From an uncultured Spirochaetales bacterium (GTDB lineage: Bacteria; Spirochaetota; GWE2-31-10; CAYYKD01): 64,000 bases of DNA. Below the pieces are notes generated by a model. It saw only the letters and a list, made by a program, of their open reading frames with translations, ran no database searches and had not been told where the DNA came from. The translations under genes and the position numbers were made by a program. Below are positions 29,340-37,648 of this stretch, piece after piece. Every line of letters starts with the position of its first letter. Within the stretch, counting starts at the first letter, position 1. The stretch is from the NCBI GenBank assembly GCA_964471825.1, contig CAYYKD010000008.1, positions 5,867 to 69,866 of the forward strand. Reading direction: 5' to 3'.

Positions 29340-29719
29340 AATTGACCAACCCCATAGATGGCTTCTTTTACTTTTGTAAGTAGTTCATCGTAGTCAAACG
29401 GTTTTTCAAAGATTGCAACAACATTTTTAGAGCTAAGCTCTTCGTATTGATCCTCGTTTAAAAAACCTGACATTACTATAATTTTTGCTTCGGGATGTTT
29501 GCTTAGAATGTAATTAATTACCTCAATGCCGCTCATTCCCTCCATCTTAAGATCGGTAATAATCAAATCAAATCTAATTAATTCCTGTAGGTCGATTCCA
29601 TCTATCCCGGAATTGGCAATGTTGATTTGAAATTTATTCATAGTTAAAAATTTAATTAGTGGTTTTAGAAAAAGTTGATCGTCATCAATAATGAGAATTT
29701 TTTTGTAGCTAAAAGGCAT
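29336..29719 (-). CDS. Stand-alone CheY-like receiver domain protein
   Basis: DDD acidic pocket, phospho-acceptor D in ITDLKMEGMSG, conserved K in FEKPF. Confidence 0.75.
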   Translation of the reverse strand: MPFSYKKILIIDDDQLFLKPLIKFLTMNKFQINIANSGIDGIDLQELIRFDLIITDLKMEGMSGIEVINYILSKHPEAKIIVMSGFLNEDQYEELSSKNVVAIFEKPFDYDELLTKVKEAIYGVGQF

Positions 29720-29787
29720 TGTAAGTCTCCTAGTGTTTTTCCATAAGTAAGAGTATCTGATACAATAACATATTTAAGTATTAAAAG

Positions 29788-31392
29788 TCAATCGAAAACA
29801 ACATTGCTTTTAAATAAATTTTCTAATGTAGTTATATCAAGGCTCTTTGAAAAATTGGAGTTTAATTTAAAGTTAAGAATCGATTTATTGATTAAATAGT
29901 AACCCTTGAAACAAACAATCGGAGTCACATAGTAATTATTAATTAATTCGATAAAATGATCTTTTGATTCGGATACAATTGACTTGTTTTCAATTAGAGT
30001 TTGCCTATATTGTGTAAAATATTCATGATACCCATTAATGAGATTGACAAAATCCCTATAGACAAAACTTGTTTCAGCATAGAACAGATCAAAATCACGA
30101 TTATAAAATACTGTGTCAACAAATTGAGTAAAATTTACGATTTTTATATCAAATGCGATTCCTGATGATGAGAGAGTTGAAGTAAGTGCATTCTTAAGCA
30201 ATGCGGATTTGTCGCCATCTTTAATGAATATTTTAATAGGTTGGTCAAAATGTTGATTTGATGGGTTTTCATTCTCAGTTTGATTTTGTGAACCTGCAAG
30301 TATTACTGTGTCATTTATGTTAATAGCACTCAAAACCTTACTTAATATTTTTCTTCTATTTAATTCATACAATTGTGAATTTGGGTTAAGTGTATTATAT
30401 ATTCCGGTAAAGGCACTACTGTAGCCGGTAAAGAGAGTTAAATATTTATGGTTATCTGAAGTATCATAGGGACTTTTGATCGGTATTATATCATAGTTTA
30501 AAGTTGAGTCAGCAAAGTCAGCAAGCATAATTTTTAGATCTGATTTTTTAGTTGGACCAACAACTCCCCTGGTATAGTATGGGTTTGGAGATAATGTAAG
30601 GGAGGTTTTGTCAAATCGGCTAAATGTATATGGGCCTGAGAATGAAAGATTCTTAATCTGAAGTCTGGAAAAAACTCTGCTCATATCATCAATGTTAGAA
30701 AGTTTACTTTCAATATCCTTGTAATGTAGAATCGGGTATTCGGTAAGAAGATATAAAAGACTACTTAGATTTGTAACACCTGATATGGTAAAGCTATAGT
30801 CTGTTAATTGAAGAATGTTGAAATTGCTGTTGTTGGAGTTAGATAGCAGCTTTTTATAGAAAGTACCTTTAAGTATAGAATTTATTAAATTGAGTGATGC
30901 TATTACAGATCTCGAGGTTAATAATTCTCCATTGGAAAAATAGTTATCACTCTCAAGTTCTATAGTAATTGTATCCTCTGATTCGAGTTTGTAAAATTTG
31001 ACTAGCTGGTTTTCAATCTGTCCATTTTCATTATTTATCTTAAATAGTGATGAAAACAATGCGGAGCTTATTAAATGATCGATGGTATTCATCCTGTAGA
31101 ATGGATTTAATGACATTGAACTGCTCTCAGATCTAATAACAATCTCTTTTCCATTTTGCTCTGATTCACCGGGTTTATAAAAATTGGAATAATTAGGTAC
31201 AAGAGTGTTCAAAGAGCTATCAAATATATAGTTTTGTTCGTTTTTATGTGTACATGAGTTGAAGAAAAAAAAGGTAAACAACAGTATGATTGTAAATAAT
31301 AGTGCAGCGGTAATATTAGGACTTATAAGTGATAGTTGGCGAAATTTGTTCTGTAAAATTTTGTTCATAATCAAGTTCCTTATATTCGACAC
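29788..31392 (-). CDS. Hypothetical secreted/membrane-anchored protein
   Basis: 534 aa with an N-terminal hydrophobic segment. No confident family. Confidence 0.4.
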   Translation of the reverse strand: MSNIRNLIMNKILQNKFRQLSLISPNITAALLFTIILLFTFFFFNSCTHKNEQNYIFDSSLNTLVPNYSNFYKPGESEQNGKEIVIRSESSSMSLNPFYRMNTIDHLISSALFSSLFKINNENGQIENQLVKFYKLESEDTITIELESDNYFSNGELLTSRSVIASLNLINSILKGTFYKKLLSNSNNSNFNILQLTDYSFTISGVTNLSSLLYLLTEYPILHYKDIESKLSNIDDMSRVFSRLQIKNLSFSGPYTFSRFDKTSLTLSPNPYYTRGVVGPTKKSDLKIMLADFADSTLNYDIIPIKSPYDTSDNHKYLTLFTGYSSAFTGIYNTLNPNSQLYELNRRKILSKVLSAININDTVILAGSQNQTENENPSNQHFDQPIKIFIKDGDKSALLKNALTSTLSSSGIAFDIKIVNFTQFVDTVFYNRDFDLFYAETSFVYRDFVNLINGYHEYFTQYRQTLIENKSIVSESKDHFIELINNYYVTPIVCFKGYYLINKSILNFKLNSNFSKSLDITTLENLFKSNVVFD

Positions 31393-31468
31393 AGATTACA
31401 TTAGGGTTTATTGAGAAATTATTCCTTAATAATCAGGAATTTTTCTTAATCATAACATCTAAAAAAAG

Positions 31469-31783
31469 CTATTTCTCTACTATAAAAAATAATAGTGTGA
31501 GAAAGAGGATTACATATGTAATAATATCCAAAAACAGATGAACTATTTGTTTGGATATTAATAAATCATCCAATAAAATTATACCCATACTATCAAGGTT
31601 TCTAATTACAACCGTAGAAAAAAGTACTAATGAAAAGACAAGTAAAAAAATAAGACTGGTTTTTCTGAGTTTTGAGTAGGCGATAGCTGAAAGTATGGTA
31701 GTAATAGTTGCAATTATAATCAGAGTTGTTGACAGTACTTCAGTATTGAGTGTAAGATTTTTAACTATTTCGAATATGCTCAT
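31469..31783 (-). CDS. Small integral membrane protein
   Basis: 104 aa with 3 predicted TM helices. Confidence 0.35.
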   Translation of the reverse strand: MSIFEIVKNLTLNTEVLSTTLIIIATITTILSAIAYSKLRKTSLIFLLVFSLVLFSTVVIRNLDSMGIILLDDLLISKQIVHLFLDIITYVILFLTLLFFIVEK

Positions 31784-31795
31784 TAACCACTTTCC

Positions 31796-32293
31796 TTATC
31801 TTCTAGTTTGATTAATTAATAGTTCTTTAATCTGTAATAACTCGTCTTTATGAAGGTTTAATTCTTTCAAAATTGTATTTACACCGGATCTATTTATATC
31901 ATCACCGGAAATTGAAATATTAGTAGAATTGTGATTTGGATTATCCTGAGTAGTCTCTATAAAAAAATCATCCTTAAAATCCTCAGAGAACATTTTAAAG
32001 ATTGATCTGATTTTATCCTTTGTATTCTCAATAAACTCAAACTTAGGTTTATACAGTGAAATTCGTTTCTTAAAAGAATCGTATATTTTAAACAGATCTT
32101 TTTCATTAGCACATTGCTGTTTTGCAGTATTAAATTCGTCAATTATACCATCAAGCTCTGCTTCAATAGAGATACACATCTTACAGTAAGCAGAGACAGA
32201 TATATTTAACTCCTTGGCAAATTTTTGTATTGTTTCTCTTGTTCCTTTTGGAACCAGTAATGTTATTTTTTCAATGTTATTGTTAGAAATCAT
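31796..32293 (-). CDS. Hypothetical protein with N-terminal ribbon-helix-helix-like segment
   Basis: ITLLVPKGTRETIQKFAKELNISVSAYCKMCI resembles CopG/Arc-type RHH. The C-terminal region is unknown. Confidence 0.35.
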   Translation of the reverse strand: MISNNNIEKITLLVPKGTRETIQKFAKELNISVSAYCKMCISIEAELDGIIDEFNTAKQQCANEKDLFKIYDSFKKRISLYKPKFEFIENTKDKIRSIFKMFSEDFKDDFFIETTQDNPNHNSTNISISGDDINRSGVNTILKELNLHKDELLQIKELLINQTRR

Positions 32294-32561
32294 CTCTACA
32301 CCTAAATATATTTATTTCTCTAAATCATTATTATAGATAATCTATAAAATTTTTCCGCTATGGCAAATAAACTATAGTAAAACTAAAAACATAGTAATGC
32401 TATGATAAAAAAAGACAATCTTTAGAATACAGATGCAAATTGAATCTGTGAAATTATTAATATCTTAAAAAGGGGAAAAAATCAATTGATAATATTGATA
32501 ATATTGATAAAATATTTATAAAGCAATGATAAAGTGCAGGGGTGGTATCAAAAAGGAGGGG

Positions 32562-32656
32562 GGCTGTCCACTAAGTCGGTTTATAAACGATTTTTACTCG
32601 TTTTACGCCGGCAATTAACCGGTACAAATAAAAATTTCTCGACTTAATGGACAGCC
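32562..32656. repeat. 95-nt structured palindromic element, family A copy 2
   Basis: 94/95 identical to 3469..3563 (single C/T difference). Flanked by a TGATAATAT tandem decamer at about 32490..32520. Confidence 0.8.
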
Positions 32657-32775
32657 ACATTCTTTTGACTTTTTGTCCACTTTTAGAAAAAAAGGGGAAT
32701 TTCTAAAAAATATAACTTTAGCTTGACTTCAGTTTTATAATATAATAGCATATAAAAGACTACGAGGCAGGATTT

Positions 32776-33624
32776 ATGAATATAAAGATAAAAAATGAGA
32801 CCGGACGGCTCAAATCAGTAATATTGGGTATTCCACCAAAGATTATGGCAGATGAAAAAAACCACGATGATTTTACGGAACGAGACATCAAACAGAACTA
32901 TGAGATCAAGTCATTTAAGAAGGTCCTGGTAGAAAACGGTGTAGAAGTAGTTCGTCCTAAGAGAATAAAAAATATAGAACATAAACTACAGATATTTACA
33001 AGAGATATAGGATTTGTTATAGATAAGTATTTTATTAAAGGAAATATGCGTGTAAATGATCGAGCCTATGAGTTTGAAGCTCTTAAAGACATTATTAAGG
33101 ATATAGATAAAAATCACATCTTAACACCACCGCCTGAGGCGGACATAGAGGGTGGGGATGTAATTCTGTGGAACGACTATATATTTGTCGGACTTAGTGC
33201 AAGAACTAATTATAGGGGCTATGAGTTTATTAAAAAATCTTTTCCCGATAAAGAGGTGATACCATTTGAGGTGTACCTTTCAAGCGATGAGAGACGGAAT
33301 ATTCTGCATCTTGATTGTACATTTCAACCTATTGGGAAACATCATGCCCTGATCTACGATTGCGGTTTTGAGAGGCCACCCGATCCGCTATATGACTTAT
33401 TTAAAGAAAAGAATCTAATAAGGGTTCATGCGGATGAGGCATTTCATCTTGCAACAAATGTTTTTTCAATATCAGAGGACCTTCTGGTTAGTGAAAAAGG
33501 TGCAAAACGGGTAAACAATGAACTAAGAAAAGCAGGTTTTAAAGTAATAGAGGTTCCGTATTACAATGTAATAAGATGCGGCGGCTCTTTTAGGTGTTCA
33601 ACACTTCCGCTTGAGAGAAAATAA
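32776..33624 (+). CDS. Amidinotransferase-superfamily enzyme (dimethylarginine dimethylaminohydrolase / arginine deiminase-like)
   Basis: C-terminal catalytic-Cys motif CGGSFRCSTLP is typical of this superfamily. Confidence 0.55.
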   Translation: MNIKIKNETGRLKSVILGIPPKIMADEKNHDDFTERDIKQNYEIKSFKKVLVENGVEVVRPKRIKNIEHKLQIFTRDIGFVIDKYFIKGNMRVNDRAYEFEALKDIIKDIDKNHILTPPPEADIEGGDVILWNDYIFVGLSARTNYRGYEFIKKSFPDKEVIPFEVYLSSDERRNILHLDCTFQPIGKHHALIYDCGFERPPDPLYDLFKEKNLIRVHADEAFHLATNVFSISEDLLVSEKGAKRVNNELRKAGFKVIEVPYYNVIRCGGSFRCSTLPLERK

Positions 33625-33788
33625 CTCACAGCTCGACTTATAGTGGTTTTTTGAAAAACCATGTGTAAATTATTGGACAAGTTATTGGAAAACACTATTG
33701 GAAAAAATTATTGACGATTAGACAATAAGGTAAAATTTAATAAGCTATCTAGAGGTTTAATTTACCACAAAACTAACATAGAAAACAT

Positions 33789-36700
33789 ATGAAATTAAAA
33801 TATATACTCGCATCTCTACTCATTTTTAATTCAATACTCATCTTTGCTGATTATAGTTTTACTGCATATACAGTAACAGCAGGATTATCAAACAACTCAG
33901 TCTTTGATGTTTTCCAGGATTCATATGGTTATATATGGATCGCAACAGCAGATGGATTAAATAAATTTGATGGGATTAATTTTATTACCTTTAGACATGA
34001 CTACAAAAATCCTAACTCGCTTCCTGATAATTGGATTACCTCTGTTACAGAGGACAGAGATAGGAATGTGTGGGTAGCAACAGAGGGTGCAGGTGTAAGT
34101 AGGTATAATAGAAATGAGAATAAGTTCTATAACTATTCGAGTGTACCTGATGACGAAAATACAATATCTGATAATCAGTGCTGGAAAGTCTACTGTGATC
34201 AATCAGGTGATATTTGGATATCCACATATAATGGAGGTCTAAATAAGTATATTCCTAGAGAGGATAATTTCGTTCGTTATGTGAACCGAACAGACGATGA
34301 TACATCAATATCTGCTAACAATGTATGGCCAATAGTTCAAGATAAAGATGGAGACATCTGGGTTGGTACTGAGGGTGATGGGGTAAGCAGATATAGTAAA
34401 TCAGCAAATAGATTCTATAATTATAGAAATATTTCTGACAATAAAAACTCCATTAGTGGTAATATAGTTTGGGCGATACTTCGTGATAGTTCAGACAATA
34501 TGTGGTTTGGCGCGAACTATCGAGGATTAAATAAGTATAACATTGAAAGTGATAGTTTTGTAAGATATGATTTGCCGGATGAAATAAAAAATGAACGAAT
34601 CTATTCAATATGTGAGGTAGAAAAAAATGTTCTTCTGATCGGTGTAACAACAGGATTACTAGAGTTTAATTGTATAACCGGCATTTACAATAGAATAAAG
34701 AATCCACAGTATAATGAGAAAAATGAAGATAATCGAATTAGGACTATAATTAAAGATAAATCCGGAGTAATCTGGGCAGGCGGGATGGATGGAGTCAGTA
34801 AACTAACATTAAAACTATTTAAATATCACGCAAAAAAAAATAATGAAAATTTGTACGGGTCAAATTATGAAGTACTGTCTCTTGCTGAAACAGGAAGCGG
34901 TAAAATACTAGTATCTACAGGACGAGGGGTGGATGAGTTCAATCCCAAAACAGGGCAATTTACTCAGATAGCTTTAAACAAAAGATTTGCCGTTCGCAAA
35001 GTATATGCTGCTGTTGAAGATCAGCATGGGCGGATCTGGTTTGCATTGAGTAGCGGGCTGTTTTGCAAAGAACTTGATGGAGAAATAATCGACTATGGAA
35101 ATAAATTAAAGTTGAAACAGATTATTGTCAACTGTATTTTATCTGATAGAAATGGATTTGTGTTAGTTGGCACGGAACAGAACGGACTAATTAGAATTGG
35201 TGGTCTTAGTGAAACAGTAGAATATTTCGGCATTGATGAGAATGGACAAAATACACTCTTTAGTAGAGGTATAACTGAGTTAACAATGGATAAATCGGGT
35301 GATGTCTGGATTGGTACAGGTGGAAATGGTTTGTACAGATTTTCGCTTGAGGCCGGAATAATTAGAAAATATTCATCAGAGGCTAATGAACTGAGCAGTA
35401 ATATAATTCAGAGCGTCCATTCAAATAGAGATGGAGCAATATGGGTAGGGACGCAGAATGCCGGCCTAAATAGGATTGATAGCGTTACAGGAAAGACTAA
35501 GATATTCGATCAGCCTGAACTATACTATAGTACTATTAAAAATTCTATTAAAAGTCTTGTCGAATCAGATGATGGGATGTTGTGGATAGCTACAACCTAT
35601 GGGGTTGCAAAAATTAGAAAATCAGATCTAACATCAAGAATATTTACAAAAAGTGATGGTATCAATGAGGTCGAATTTAATTCGCGTGCTGTTCTATACC
35701 ATAGTAATGGAAAAATTTATTTTGGTACAAGAAATGGGATTGTAGAAATAGATCCCTCATTAGTCGGAGAGACTTCCTATCAGCCCCTGGTTGTTATAAC
35801 AGCATTTCGGATATTTGACAGGGAGTACAACTCAGATAAAAATCTCGAAATATTGGATAAAGTAAGGCTGACATATAGGGATAATTTTTTTAGTTTTGAG
35901 TTTTTAGCACTAGATCATGCAAACATCGAGAATAATAGTTATAAATATATGCTTGAAGGTTTTGATAAGGAGTGGATATATACCGGAAATAGACGATATG
36001 CAAGTTATACTAATCTTGAAGGTGGAAGATATCGTCTTCATATTGCAGGAACAAATCGTGATGGGGTATGGAGCTCAAATATCAAAACTATTGATATCAC
36101 CGTAAAGCCCCCTTTTTGGAAAACGATTTACGCATTCATCGTGTATGGAGTTATTGCGATTTTTATATTTATACTCCTGGTAAGATGGAGTTTATATCGG
36201 TATTCTAAAAGGATGAAAAAAAATGATGAATCACTTATACAGGAAAGATTTATCATTGAAAGGGAACGGCTGCGAATAGGCCAGGATTTACATGACGACA
36301 TAGGACAGGAGTTAACCGGGATTGCCCTTTTCGCTAAATCTCTCGAAGAGGACATCTCGGAAGAGGATAAGGACTTAAAATTAAAGGCAAAAAGCATAGT
36401 AGATTATCTGAATCGAGTTATCGATAAAATTAGAAACCTTGCAAGAGGGCTTGCAACAATCGAGATAAAACACGGCGAGTTCTATAAGGTTCTATGTGAG
36501 CTTACAAGAGAGATAATGAATAGAAATCGAGTAAATATTGTTGTCGATATAGATGAGACGATAATTATTGATAATGATACTGTAGTTAAACATCTCTATC
36601 ATATTATACAGGAATCTATAAGTAATGGAATTAAACATGGTCACGCTCAAAACTTTATCATTTCACTTGCTAGAAAAAAAGGCTACGAAGTTCTTAGAAT

Positions 36701-36878
36701 AGAAAATGATGGTCATTCAATCGTAAAAACATCTGACGAGAACCTAGGAATGGGAATTAAGACTATTAAATATCGAACAAATTTGATTGGCGGTTCTGTT
36801 CGTGTATATTCTGAAAATGATAGAACTATTGTTGAGTGTCAATTCAAAGAACGAACTCTAATGAGATTTGAAGATTGA
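33789..36878 (+). CDS. Sensor histidine kinase with periplasmic two-component-regulator beta-propeller repeats, Y_Y_Y domain, TM, HisKA_3 (NarX-type) and HATPase_c; no receiver domain
   Basis: Repeated W-x-G/ T-x-x-G-L propeller units; H-box RIGQDLHDDIGQELTG; C-terminal ATPase. Confidence 0.85.
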   Translation: MKLKYILASLLIFNSILIFADYSFTAYTVTAGLSNNSVFDVFQDSYGYIWIATADGLNKFDGINFITFRHDYKNPNSLPDNWITSVTEDRDRNVWVATEGAGVSRYNRNENKFYNYSSVPDDENTISDNQCWKVYCDQSGDIWISTYNGGLNKYIPREDNFVRYVNRTDDDTSISANNVWPIVQDKDGDIWVGTEGDGVSRYSKSANRFYNYRNISDNKNSISGNIVWAILRDSSDNMWFGANYRGLNKYNIESDSFVRYDLPDEIKNERIYSICEVEKNVLLIGVTTGLLEFNCITGIYNRIKNPQYNEKNEDNRIRTIIKDKSGVIWAGGMDGVSKLTLKLFKYHAKKNNENLYGSNYEVLSLAETGSGKILVSTGRGVDEFNPKTGQFTQIALNKRFAVRKVYAAVEDQHGRIWFALSSGLFCKELDGEIIDYGNKLKLKQIIVNCILSDRNGFVLVGTEQNGLIRIGGLSETVEYFGIDENGQNTLFSRGITELTMDKSGDVWIGTGGNGLYRFSLEAGIIRKYSSEANELSSNIIQSVHSNRDGAIWVGTQNAGLNRIDSVTGKTKIFDQPELYYSTIKNSIKSLVESDDGMLWIATTYGVAKIRKSDLTSRIFTKSDGINEVEFNSRAVLYHSNGKIYFGTRNGIVEIDPSLVGETSYQPLVVITAFRIFDREYNSDKNLEILDKVRLTYRDNFFSFEFLALDHANIENNSYKYMLEGFDKEWIYTGNRRYASYTNLEGGRYRLHIAGTNRDGVWSSNIKTIDITVKPPFWKTIYAFIVYGVIAIFIFILLVRWSLYRYSKRMKKNDESLIQERFIIERERLRIGQDLHDDIGQELTGIALFAKSLEEDISEEDKDLKLKAKSIVDYLNRVIDKIRNLARGLATIEIKHGEFYKVLCELTREIMNRNRVNIVVDIDETIIIDNDTVVKHLYHIIQESISNGIKHGHAQNFIISLARKKGYEVLRIENDGHSIVKTSDENLGMGIKTIKYRTNLIGGSVRVYSENDRTIVECQFKERTLMRFED

Positions 36879-36977
36879 TAACAAAAAAGTTGTTGACTGA
36901 TGGACTCAGGCCTCTTTTTTTATAAGTAATTGTGAATATATCCCATTTTCATTCTTATGTGTTTCTATAGATTAAAA

Positions 36978-37511
36978 TCAATTGAGTTTCTCTATCTCAA
37001 CGATCACTTCATTATGATCATCGCGGACAGTGATATCTCCATCCTGAATGGTAACCAATATGCTCATCGATCTGGCTGTCATTTTAGTCATCTCTTTTAC
37101 GGCGGACTCATCTACATTGTAGATAGTTAGATTTTTAACTCTTGTTAATTTTTGTGATGCCCTACCCCACCAGTCTCTTGTTTTAAGTTTATATGAATAG
37201 ATGATGACATTATTAGAAATACCACAGGCTTTTAGGATTGATTTTTCTTCAGGTTGTCCAATATCGATCCAGAGTTGTATAGAGCCTGTCAGGTCTTTGA
37301 GGCACAACTCGGGTTCTTCAGGGTTAGTTAAGCCGTTAGCAAATTTTAGATTATCTGTGGCATTTAATGCAAATGCAAGTATTCTCATCATAAGTCGCTC
37401 CTCAGTCTCTGAAGAATGACGAGCAATAGTCAGGCTATGTTCTGCATAATAATGTGTGTCGATATTTGCAACTTGAAGGTCAACCTTGTAGATAGTAGAT
37501 TTTATAGCCAT
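36978..37511 (-). CDS. yaeQ: YaeQ family protein
   Basis: MAIKSTIYKVDLQVANIDTHYYAEHSLTIARHSSETEERLMMRILAFAL matches the conserved YaeQ N-terminus. Confidence 0.7.
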   Translation of the reverse strand: MAIKSTIYKVDLQVANIDTHYYAEHSLTIARHSSETEERLMMRILAFALNATDNLKFANGLTNPEEPELCLKDLTGSIQLWIDIGQPEEKSILKACGISNNVIIYSYKLKTRDWWGRASQKLTRVKNLTIYNVDESAVKEMTKMTARSMSILVTIQDGDITVRDDHNEVIVEIEKLN

Positions 37512-37648
37512 ATATATCCTTCCGGTCTACAAATAATGTTGTATGTCGGCTTATTTTTTATTCTATGTAATTCAAAGCAATTCAAACCTTTAGTAACACC
37601 GTAAATTTTCATTCCGGTGTTAATATAAGGAAGGTTTTGCACATTACT

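Noticed and set aside
36879-37648. Short palindromes (AGGCCT+T7 after the kinase; TAACACCG-N13-CGGTGTTA between yaeQ and the LRR gene) considered as intrinsic terminators
   Set aside because: Stems are short or lack a downstream U-tract on the relevant strand. Noted but not called as features.
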